Shown here piece by piece: positions 52,722 through 64,000 of a DNA stretch of 64,000 nucleotides. Each line of letters begins with the position of its first letter. The first letter of the stretch is position 1. Position numbers and translations under genes: made by a program. The notes below the pieces were generated by a model. The model searched no databases. It saw only the letters and a list, made by a program, of their open reading frames with translations, and had not been told where the DNA came from. This DNA is from Octopus vulgaris (lineage: Eukaryota). Location of the stretch: NCBI GenBank assembly GCA_951406725.2, contig OX597838.1, positions 39,804,001-39,868,000 on the forward strand. The letters run 5' to 3'.

Positions 52722-54444
52722 CTATAGATAGGCTTTCATCACTTTTTCCGTTGAAATCTCGTTGACATAGCATTGCTCAATTCGATAATATCTATATGAC
52801 TGATTTAGTATAGTGTCAGGCGGTAGGTTCCAACTGGTGACATGTGCTACACTGGGTGACCACAACAATTAGTAAAAGACAATAGCAATAAATATAAGTA
52901 TATCGTCTTAAGTAATGACTGTATTCTACTTAGTAATAAAAACCATTAGCTTAAAGATGTCTAGATGTTTGGCATAACGCATTTGATTTACGATGGCATG
53001 TGGATTTATGAATATATCTTGCGCAATATGGTAGCTGTAAACGCATTTATGTGAATGTATGTTAAATAAATGAACAAATGTGTTCGTATGCATATATGTA
53101 TGTGCGTCAAGAACCGGTTTCTAACCAAGATCCGAGGCTCCTTCATTGGAATTTCAAGAACATCAACAGGGCGTTTTTGTATGTATGTATGTATGTATGT
53201 ATGTATGTATGTATGTATGTATGTATGTATGTGTGTATGTATGTATGTATGCATGTATGTATTATGTATGTATATATGTATATGTGCAGATTCGTATGTT
53301 TTGTTTTATGCATGTATGCTCATTCGTATATTTGAACGTCTAAATATGTTCATACATACTTAAACAGATTTTTACAGTTCCAGTGATGATTTCGATCTGT
53401 AGTCTTCGAATCAGTTCTCTCCTTTCAGAATTTGAGAAGCCTAAATTTTCAAGTTTGTTATTTAAGCAGTATGTTACATATCCCCGTGTTCCAGTAATTA
53501 CAGGTATAAACATGAACGTGTAATCTCGAAATGTATGTATGCATGTAGGTAAGTACGTATTTTTATATATATGTATGTATGTTTGTTTATATGTATGTAT
53601 GTCCTTTTTGCCTTCGTATTCTTCCTATAAGGAAGACCGTAATTTGGATACAGACAACAATAAATGTTATATGTTGAAATGTCTTATAATTGTACTGTTC
53701 CGCAAACAGATTGCATTGGTGAAGTAGGTGTTAGCTGGTCACTTTCTTCACCTGAAAAGCTTAGCTTTTCCTTTGGATCTCTTAAACATTTTCTAACATA
53801 GCTAAGACTATGGCTTAAACATTTTCTAACATAGCTAAATTAGAAAATGTATATCCAAGTACTCCAAGAATTATTGGTGGAAATATGAATTCATAGTGAG
53901 TGAGACAGAAGTAGTTATCCATAAAGTGCTTTTTCTTAATAATTTTGGCAGAGATATCCCCATCGCACGAATACCTGACCAATGTGAATATATACGACTT
54001 TTCTTTCTATCACAAGGTATTGTATCATGCCTGTTACGTTTGCGATTGGCACAAATTTTGAATTACGACGTAACTTAATGACCATGAGCCAAAAAGAAGT
54101 TTTTTTTTTCATGTTAACGTCATTATTATCCTCAAGATTACAGGGTGTTTTCCTTCCAGATTTTTGGTGAGGGTTCCTAGTTTTGCAATTTTGAGTTCAC
54201 ATGGGAGATCATCAAGAAGTAAAAAAAACTTCTTCAGGTGAATGTCATTCTGCTTACTTTTGAGCACTTGACTAATGCATTTATTTCTGTAATAGTTCTT
54301 TTATAGAAATTGTCTGCTGAGAAAATCTCGAACGCGACTGAAGATAGAAAACTCCGAATGACCCGTCCTTGTTTTTTCCTGTCCTTTTTTGTATCGTCTA
54401 ACTGTCCGGATGTTTTGTTATGTTCTTGTTACATTTTTGTTTCA

Positions 54445-54908
54445 TTTTCCGTCAACTAAATCCACTCACAAGTTTTTGGTCGGCCCGAGTCTATAGTAGA
54501 AGATACTTGCCCAAGGTGCCACGTAGTGGGACTGAACTCGGAACCATGTGGCTGGTAAGTAAGCTACTTACCACACAGCCATTCCTAGGCGCAGGCGTGG
54601 CCGTGTGGCAAATATCTTGCTTTCCCACCACAAAGTTCTGGGTTCAGTCCCACAGCATCGCATCTTAGGCAAGTGTCTTCTGCTATAGCCTCGGGGCGAT
54701 CAAAGCCTTGTGAGTGAATTTGGTGAATGGAAACTGGAAAAATCCCGTCGTATATATACTTATATGTATATATTTGTGTATGTGTGTGTGTGTGTCTGTG
54801 TTTGTCCCCACAACATCGCTTGACAACCGATGGTGGTGTGTTAATATCCCCGTAACTTAGCGGTGGGGCTCCAGGACGGCCGCAGTCAAATGACTGAAAC
54901 AGGTGAAG

Positions 54909-54910
<2 letters not shown>
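54445..54910. mobile_element. Two SINE family 1 copies head-to-head
   Basis: Minus partial 54445-54585 and plus copy 54588-54910. Confidence 0.75.
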
Positions 54911-54943
<33 letters not shown>

Positions 54944-54995
54944 CACATATATATATATAATATATATATGTATGTATATATATTTGTATATATAA

Positions 54996-55085
<90 letters not shown>

Positions 55086-57889
55086 AAAAAAGCAACAAGA
55101 ATGGATCAATATATCGGTATAATTGTTTCGTACGAGGACATCTTTAATAAAGCTACAAAAATTGCAGTAAATATAGGTGGCTCGTACTCATCAGCCGAAA
55201 AAACGTCAGAGATTCCCAAACATCAAAGGGGGTAATGTTACACTTATGAAACATCATGGAAAATTCTATAAAAATGAGAATTTAGATAATATATTGGTTT
55301 CTAAGAGTTCAATTAGTATTATACAGTCATATATCAGGTTATTAAAAAGTTTTTTCAAAACATCCTAGTTTTCCAGAGAGTGAAGATACAAATGAGGGTG
55401 TGAGTTTAACTGTATTGAAGAAAGGTTGATTCCTGGAGATCCGATGAGAGGTCTTGAACTTACAGAATATGTGCTTGTTCATATATAGTTCATAGTAAAT
55501 TGTTAATCAAGCTATGTGAAGAGATTTTTTGGATACAATCGTGCGAAATTTCTGAGAACTGCTGTATTATAATCCGAGTAAGAAGCAAAGCAACAGTCTT
55601 TTCGTGTAGAAGAACAGATTGTTATTGAAATTTACAAGAATCACAGAGCTAAGGAAGAAAGTTGAAATTTGACCAGTTACTGCTATTAATTGCTATATAA
55701 AGAGGGAACGGGGAGCTAAAAGGGAGGGTCACAAGTTGTTACTATAAGAAAACATCTTAGCTTATTTGGTGCAAAATTCGAACTGAGGTCATTTAATTTA
55801 TTTCTTTATTTATTAATGTTACTATTAATAGATTGTCAGGTTACAATGAGAGGTCAGAAGAAAAGAAAAGAAAAAAGAAAACAGGAGTTATTTTCTAATG
55901 AAACCATACAATTATATTATATTATAATATATTATATTATAATAGGTTTGGGATTAGCAGAATTAGTTATTAGTGTAAAAGAAACTAAGAAGTTTAACTA
56001 ACTAATTTCCTATAAGTAGGTTAAAGTGAAATAGACTAAGAAATAGAGAGAAAAAAATAGAGAGAAAAGATTTAAATTATCTACATAGTCTAATAGAATG
56101 AAGAATTAAATCAAATAACTTAAATCAATAAGTATCACCTAGTACAGTTAGAGAGAGAATATAATCATAGCTAATTAGATCGTCGCTGTCTAATTAAATA
56201 TATAATATAATATAATATTTAGGAGTAAAGTTTAATTCAAAGTGATTTCATAGAAAGTGATTTTAATATATACTGTTATCAATTAAAACATCATTTAAAA
56301 TATTTAAGAGTCCTAGTTCGAGCGTGGATACAAGATTTTCCCAGTTCAATCCTGCTGTTCAATAAAATTTCCTTATTTTTTCTATACATTAGTATTTCAA
56401 ATGTTTCCATGTATATATATACATCCATACATAGAGAAAGAGAGAGAGAGAGAAATGTACGTATGTATTGTATTCCTATATGAAATGAATATGTGAGCAC
56501 AAACACACATATACGTACGCATAATACACACGCTATCTTTAACAAGCTGGCAGAGTATAATAAATTAGTTAAAGAATATAAATAAAACAATGTCTTAAGA
56601 GAAAGAAAGAGAATTCGCTACTCCATTGTTTTGGTGTCAGAAGAACTCACTGCATCTTTCCATGTTTTTTTTTTTGTTTTCTTTCGTTAATTCCATTCAT
56701 TTGTATTCAGCACGTAACAGTAACTCTAAAGCTCAGGCATTTAGATTTCTGATTACACAATTTCAAACTTACGGGAATTGTATGAGGAAATCATTAATTT
56801 GATCATTTCATTTTCACGGAAATTTGGGGAAAATTTTAAGGATTTTAAAAACTAAAACCATGATGCACTTATATGTACGAAAAATAATCTATTTATAAGA
56901 GATACTTTCTAATATAGGCACAAAGCCTGACATTGGGGGAGGGGGATAGACGATTACATCGATCTCAACACCCGACTGGTACTCTTTTCACCTGCCACGA
57001 AATGATGAAAGGCAAAGTCGACCTCAGTGGAATCTGCACCCGGATGTAGCAGCGGACGATGTGCCGCAAAACGTGCCGCCCTGTATGTTTGGTATGGCAC
57101 TTTGGTACACCTAGCATCTCCTTTCACTTTCTAATTCAATCACTGTACAATTTTGTTGATTACTGCCCATCGCTTTAATTTTTTTGCGAACTTATTTTTT
57201 TCTATTTGTTATTGCTCTCAACTTTCTTAACAACACATACCCACGTCCTCCTCTTCTCCACCTTGTTTGTGTACGGTGAATTTCAACTGGAGGACAAAGA
57301 AATGTGTTAGAATGGAGATTACTCTTTCCTCGGATTCTTCTGTTTTACAATTTGGTGTGGATTCTCGTATCTATCGCTGCTGCTTTCGAATAAATATAAA
57401 CGTATACAATATAATGCATTGAAACTGGAGAAAACGTATGAGGTAATGCGAAAAGTCGTTTGAGACAGGTTAATCTAATCGTCAAGCTTGATGTTTCACA
57501 AAGGTTTCGTGCAGAAGAATAACTCTTACATTCCGAAATGCATACATACACACATATGTACATGATGATTGCACTGTCGTTCTGGGTCAGCACGGTCCTG
57601 GGAGTAATGGTAATTTAGTGGTGATTCTGCGCTCACCACAATTCCCAAATTTCCGAACAAGAGCCTCACCTGTCATACCCAGGACTTACGTACATACATA
57701 CATACATACATACATGCATACATACATACATACGCCCTTTGACTGTACAACTTTTCCATGTGAACCAAGAGTAGCTGGACTAACCTTTTTAAACAGAAAC
57801 TTGGAGGGGAAGCAATCATTATGTTAATAGAAAGTTATACATGGAATAGCAGCGTCTTCTGGACCTGTGAGAGATAAATCACGTTTCCC

Positions 57890-58185
57890 AAAGAAGGCTA
57901 CGTTTTTGCTATAACCAAAGAAGGCTACGTTTTTGCTATAATCAAAGAAGGTTACGTTTTTGCTATAATCAAAGAAGGCTACGTTTTTGCTATAATCAAA
58001 GAAGGCTACGTTTTTGCTATAATCAAAGAAGGCTACGTTTTTGCTATAATCAAAGAAGGCTACGTTTTTGCTATAATCAAAGAAGGTTACGTTTTTGCTA
58101 TAATCAAAGAAGGCTACGTTTTTGCTATAATGAAAGAAGGCTACGTTTTTGCTATAATCAAAGAAGGCTACGTTTTTTCATAACC
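57890..58185 (+). repeat. 27-bp minisatellite, about 11 copies
   Basis: Unit aaagaaggctacgtttttgctataatc, near-perfect. Confidence 0.95.
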
Positions 58186-58684
58186 AGCTGATCTAGCAAG
58201 CGGGGCCTCATATCATTGAGGGGGGCCGGTGCGCATTGATGCCGTCGAGAGGTAGGCCCCGAAACGGCGCGCATTCTCTCCTGATGACCCCATACACTTG
58301 CTAGCTTCCAATATACGGAGCTTTTAACTGGTAGCACTTGCATGTGCAAGTTGTTTGCAAGACATCAGCAAGAGAGTTAGGCTGCTTGTTGGTTTTGGTA
58401 TACCAGTGTTGAAGATATTATCCCCGTCACAACGCACACAACCAGAACCAGAATCATCGTTCGTTAAAAATATATTGGAACATTCCAATAAAAACAACAA
58501 GTTGGTATAAACGCAATCGTCCTGATATTATTATATGGCACACGGAGCTAAAGGTATGCCGCTGTTGTAGAGACTTGCTGCTCGGTGACATGCAAGAATA
58601 TTATTAAAAATTTAGGAAAACTAATTAGAAAGTTACAGCTCTTATAATCAGAATATAAATTGACCTCTGTCCCAATTATCATGA

Positions 58685-59037
58685 ATGCATGCATGCATGC
58701 ATGCATACATACATACATACATACATACATACATACATACATGCATACATACATACATAATACATGAATGCATACATACATACTTACATACATACATAAA
58801 TACATACATACATACATACATGCATACATACATACATACATACATGACTACATACATACATACATACATACATACATGCATGCATACATACATACATAAA
58901 TACATACATACATAAATACATACATAAATAAAATACATACATACATAAATACATACATACATACATACATACATACATACATACATACATACATACATAC
59001 ATACATACATACATACATACATACATACATACATACA

Positions 59038-59071
<34 letters not shown>

Positions 59072-59225
59072 CATGCATGCATACATACATACATACATAC
59101 ATACATACATACATACATACATACATACGTACATACATACATACATACATACATAAATACATACATACATACATACATGCATGCATGCATGCATACATAC
59201 ACACACACATACATACATACATATA
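58685..59225. repeat. (CATA)n microsatellite
   Basis: Tetranucleotide array. Confidence 0.95.
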
Positions 59226-60204
59226 CACTTACATAGTAGTGGCACTCTAAAAAATTTTTTTAACATTTCCAGGATTCTCTATCGGAGATTGTTTAAAATG
59301 AACCCATACACACTTTTAGTTGTGACTATTCACACAGACACATATATAAAAAGCAATGATGCACGCATACACATACGTACACACGTACACAGCCACAAAC
59401 ATCTAATCCCAAAAGGCACAGGTTGATACAGAACATAATTGCAGGTGCATACACCTACACACATACACACGCGCGCAGACGTTACGCGCACCCACATACA
59501 TACACACGTCTTTATGTATTTGTTTTGCTAAACTCCTGATGTGAAATCGTATGTTGAAACAGATATTGTTAAATATGGGATTGTTATAGGTTCCCACTTA
59601 AACACACGCACTGTAAGGTTGGTCTTTGCTTCAGGTTCAATATTATCATTTTTGTTTCTTTGTCAAGCTCTTTCGTTACAGATCCTGAGACTGCTTCAAC
59701 GTATATACACAAATACCTCAACCCAAAAAGGATTAAAAATGAAGAAGGCGGGCAATAATAGTTGCCTGCCGAAGGACCCTAAGGCTTCGGGAGGTGAAGC
59801 AGAGAGTCCGGAAGAGCTCCACTCTCCCGAAATGAGAAAGAAAAAAAAGAAAGAAGAACCGGTCATCGCAGGGTGGAAATGGTGTGCCGTTTGCATGTCC
59901 CGAAGTTGTGCCACCCACGGTGGAAGAAACGACCCCCACCCTTAAAGACGTTGAATTAATTATCTTTTTCTGCAAGGGCGGGGAGGTGGAAAAATAGTAG
60001 AAGAACATAAAGAGACAGTAGGTATGCCCTTCACACGGGATCCCGAATGGCCTCCGCAGATAGCTGTGGAGGTCATAAGGTTTCCCTTATGGGAAAGGCT
60101 TAAAGGATTTGGGGAGGAGTGTCGCATATGGTCGCATTGTCCAGCCCGCAAAGCTACACAATCTTTGTACTGTCTATATGACAACTTTTATGAAATAAAG
60201 TAGC

Positions 60205-60648
60205 TTGATTACGAAGCACATGGTTCAGGGTTCAGTCCCACTGCGTGGCACATTACGCAGGTGTCTTCTACTATAGCCTCGGGCCGACCAAAGCCTTGTG
60301 AGTGGATTGGGTAGATGGAAACTGAAAGAAGCCCGTCATATATATGTATGTATATATATATATATATGCATATATATATATATACATACATACATACACA
60401 TATATATATATGTGTGTGTGTGTGTGTGCGTGCGTATATGTTTGTGTGTCTGAGTTTGTCCCCACAACATCGCTTGACAATCGATGCTGGTGTGTTTACG
60501 TCCCCGTAACTTAGCGGCTTGCCAAAAGAGACCGATAGAATAAGTACTAGGCTTAGAAAGAATAAGTCCTGGGGTCGATTTGCTCGAATAAAATCGGTGC
60601 TCCAGCATGGCCACAGTCAATGACTGAAACAAGTAAGAGTAAAAGAGT
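60205..60648 (+). mobile_element. SINE family 1
   Basis: Copy with expanded internal microsatellite. Further partial copies at about 9270-9497, 21415-21610, 30124-30252 and 31660-31827. Confidence 0.8.
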
Positions 60649-60658
60649 ATTATTTAGA

Positions 60659-60819
60659 TTATTTACATTTGACGGATATTTGTCCTCATCTTGCTTGTTG
60701 TTAACACAATGTTTTGGCTGATATACCCTCCAGCCTTCATCAGGTGTCTTTAGGAAATTTCAAACCTGGGTTCTCATTCTTAAGGTACTTTTCGATGTTG
60801 TTGATGCTGTTGTTGTTGT

Positions 60820-60908
<89 letters not shown>

Positions 60909-60972
60909 ACCCCAAGATTCCGAGTTCGATTCCAGGCAGTGACCTGAATAATAATAATGATAATAATAATGC

Positions 60973-61051
<79 letters not shown>

Positions 61052-61355
61052 TATAATAAAGACCTGGAAATAGAGGTAGCCAGAATGTGGAATCTAAAAA
61101 CAAAAACAATTCCTATCATAGTAGGTGCATTAGGCATGATAAAAAAATATTCAGACAAATACATAACAAAAACTCCAGGACTTACAAACACATATAACAT
61201 ACAGAAAATTTCACTACTAGGCACTGCACACATCCTACGCAGAACACTTTCCATACAATAACCATCAGAGCATCACAACAAATCACAGCACATGCCCAAG
61301 GCACACAGAGCTGCGCACGGTAGTGAAGTGAAAGCACGCTATAAAAATAAAACTA

Positions 61356-61447
<92 letters not shown>

Positions 61448-61574
61448 CAACAACAACATCATCATCGAAAAATACCTTAAGAATGAGAGCCCAGGTTCGA
61501 AATTTCCCCAAGATGCCTGATGAAGGCTAGACAAGAAATAAGATGAGGACAAATATCCGTCAAATGTAAATAAT
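60659..61574. mobile_element. Inverted pair of Penelope-type termini enclosing microsatellites and the Dong-like fragment
   Basis: 60659-60797 is the reverse complement of 61463-61574 (right arm has a deletion); hammerhead-like GACAC-CTGATGA-AGGCTG..CAGCC-AAAAC-ATT-GTGTT at 60703-60748 (-). Confidence 0.65.
61058..61358 (+). mobile_element. 5'-truncated Dong/R4-clade non-LTR retrotransposon 3' end within (TAA)n
   Basis: KDLEIEVARMWNLKTKTIPIIVGALG...IQKISLLGTAHILRRTLSIQ-stop (61261) resembles the C-terminus of the R4/Dong restriction-like endonuclease; (AAT)n on both sides. Confidence 0.8.
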
Positions 61575-61790
61575 GAGTATAACCGTGGATGTAAAAGAAA
61601 TGTGTTAGCTATAGATGGAACGTCTGTTTTGCATAGTTCCATTGTTAAATAACAGCACAGACAATATAATCACGACGGCAATTTGCGAGAAATAGTATCA
61701 AATTTTATTTGTAGCAAAGACGGAAAACATCATTCTTTGGGCATATAAATAGATTTTGAATTGCATGGAAACATTGGGAAATTTTTGACA

Positions 61791-61858
<68 letters not shown>

Positions 61859-61988
61859 CATATGTGTGTGTGTGTGTGTGTGTGTACATGAGTCAAATTT
61901 ACTACAATAAAGAAAAAACTCAACCTAATTATTGTAAAGAAATATATGCAATGACCATTATTCATACCTTGTCTTATAATTATATATG

Positions 61989-62056
<68 letters not shown>

Positions 62057-62140
62057 GTACACACACAGTGTATGTGTGTCTGTGTATCTGGGTGGGTGTG
62101 TATATGATGAAAAGCACTAGTGAAACAGAAGCTACATGGT

Positions 62141-62478
<338 letters not shown>

Positions 62479-62598
62479 GGTGCCCCCACACGGATCAAAA
62501 TCTAAAAACCAATACAAACAATTTTAAGCAATCTTTGAGCAAAAAGTTATCCCTGAAACGTAGATAACGTATTGAATACATTCTGTTTAATTCGTCAA

Positions 62599-62692
62599 TT
62601 ATTGTCCAGTTTTGGCGTTGATCCATGCTGTCAACTTAGGCGCGTTTTCCGAAGTGCATTTTGAAGACATCATACCAAGATTTTTCCATAAC
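62599..62692 (-). CDS. Stanniocalcin-like paralog C, exon 4 (upstream exons presumably beyond right edge)
   Basis: Acceptor cctttgcgttgtag; LWKNLGMMSSKCTSENAPKLTAWINAKTGQ-TAA, nearly identical to gene B exon 4 but stopping 4 codons earlier (TCA to TAA). Confidence 0.8.
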
Positions 62693-62832
62693 CTACAACG
62701 CAAAGGAATAAAGGAATATTAGTGTCTTTCTGTACCACACAGAAGCGAATTAAAACATTTTCTGTTGTTCCTGTTTAGTCCCCAATTCAGTACAAACAGT
62801 AACAGAAGTGAACTATAATCGGAGACATTTCA

Positions 62833-63244
62833 GCGGTGAGCTGGCAGAAACGTTAGCACGCCCGGCGAAATGCTTAGCGGTATTTCGTCTGCGTTACGTT
62901 GTGAGTTCAAATTCCGCCGAGGTCGACATTGCCTTTCATCCTTTCGGGGTCGATAAATTAAGTACCAGTTACGCACTGGGGTCGATGTAATCGACTTAAT
63001 CCATTTGTCTGTCCTTGTTTGTCCGCTCTGTGTTTAGCCCCTTGTGGGTAATAAAGAAATAGGTATTTCGTCTGCGTTACGTTGTGAGTTCAAATTCCGC
63101 CGAGGTCGACTTTGCCTTTCATCCTTTCGGGGTCGATAAATTAAGTACCAGTTACGCACTGGGGTCGATGTAATCGACTTAATACCTATGTCTGTCCTTG
63201 TTTGTCCGCTCTGTGTTTAGCCCTTTGTGGGTAATAAAGAAATA
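62833..63244 (+). mobile_element. SINE family 2 composite with 12-bp TSD (1 mismatch)
   Basis: ggagacatttca 62821-62832 / ggcgacatttca 63245-63256; internal junction at 63062. Confidence 0.9.
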
Positions 63245-63780
63245 GGCGACATTTCAAATATGGCTGCCATGTCCAATTCTCAGCAATAAGGAATCTCCAG
63301 GCTACGTTATTGTGTGTAGTTTATTTTTATGACTTGTTTGAACGTTATTAGAAACTTTTGGGTATGAGCTTTTTCGTGTGTGTACAATTCTTTAAATGTT
63401 GTAGCTATGGCACAATAAAAGTAAGCATATATATACATATGTGTGTCTGTCTACACATAGACGTATAGATGCCATTATATTCTTTATTATTTTTGTTCCT
63501 TCTTTTGCTTTAGAATAGTATACACACCTTATCTATATTTCCTCCTTCCCCACCCCACGATAAAATTGTGCCTTAATGTTGTATGTATTGATATATTTTA
63601 TAGACATGCATTAGTATTTCTTGTCGTGTGAAAAGTGTTATATGTAAATATTTGTAACCATTTATCAAATGTAGCGTTTGATGGTGTATGTATGTATGCA
63701 TGTATGTACGCATGCATTCATGTATATATGTATATGTGGATGTACATGAACTTATGTATATATATATATATATACTTATG

Positions 63781-63811
<31 letters not shown>

Positions 63812-64000
63812 ACGCGAGGGGAAATCAAAAGTCATCTGCACTTTCGTCATAACATATCTTTATTATTGTCACTTCTGCATATGCGTACTTATAGTAGAAA
63901 CTATTGTGGTCACGTGATCAGAGTTTGAGCTCGATCACGCCATTTTTCTTTCTCGCTTTACAGTGTAAGCATGGCACCAAAAAAGATAAAAGAGCAGTGA

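Noticed and set aside
55380-56400. Possible LTR or LTR-element remnant
   Set aside because: No second LTR, primer-binding site or coding motif recognised.
57890-58185. 27-bp repeat as a CRISPR array
   Set aside because: Units are directly adjacent with no spacers, there are no cas genes, and the context is eukaryotic.

Overview
AT-rich, microsatellite-dense eukaryotic DNA. The SINE and repeat landscape looks like a cephalopod (octopus) genome; this is inferred, not shown. Most of the ORF track is microsatellite noise. Real content: (1) A minus-strand tandem cluster of stanniocalcin-like secreted-protein genes that the ORF track does not assemble. One complete 4-exon gene (32559->20677; 199 aa, signal peptide, 10 Cys in stanniocalcin spacing) is accompanied by exon 1 of a second paralog (9639-9540) and exon 4 of a third (62692-62599), with duplicated flanks. 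(2) A head-to-tail array of three diverged Tx1-clade non-LTR retrotransposons (33248-46826), each bounded by (TATC)n, which points to a GATA-microsatellite-targeting family with a conserved structured 5' UTR. (3) A tRNA-headed SINE whose 3' tail matches the Tx1 3' end and which inserts at C^GGWA, including into copies of itself. (4) Penelope-like remnants carrying minimal hammerhead-ribozyme motifs, some in inverted pairs. (5) A (TAA)n-embedded Dong/R4-like 3' end, Tc1/mariner, Helitron and MITE relics, and many SINEs and simple repeats. All calls were made by eye with no database searches.
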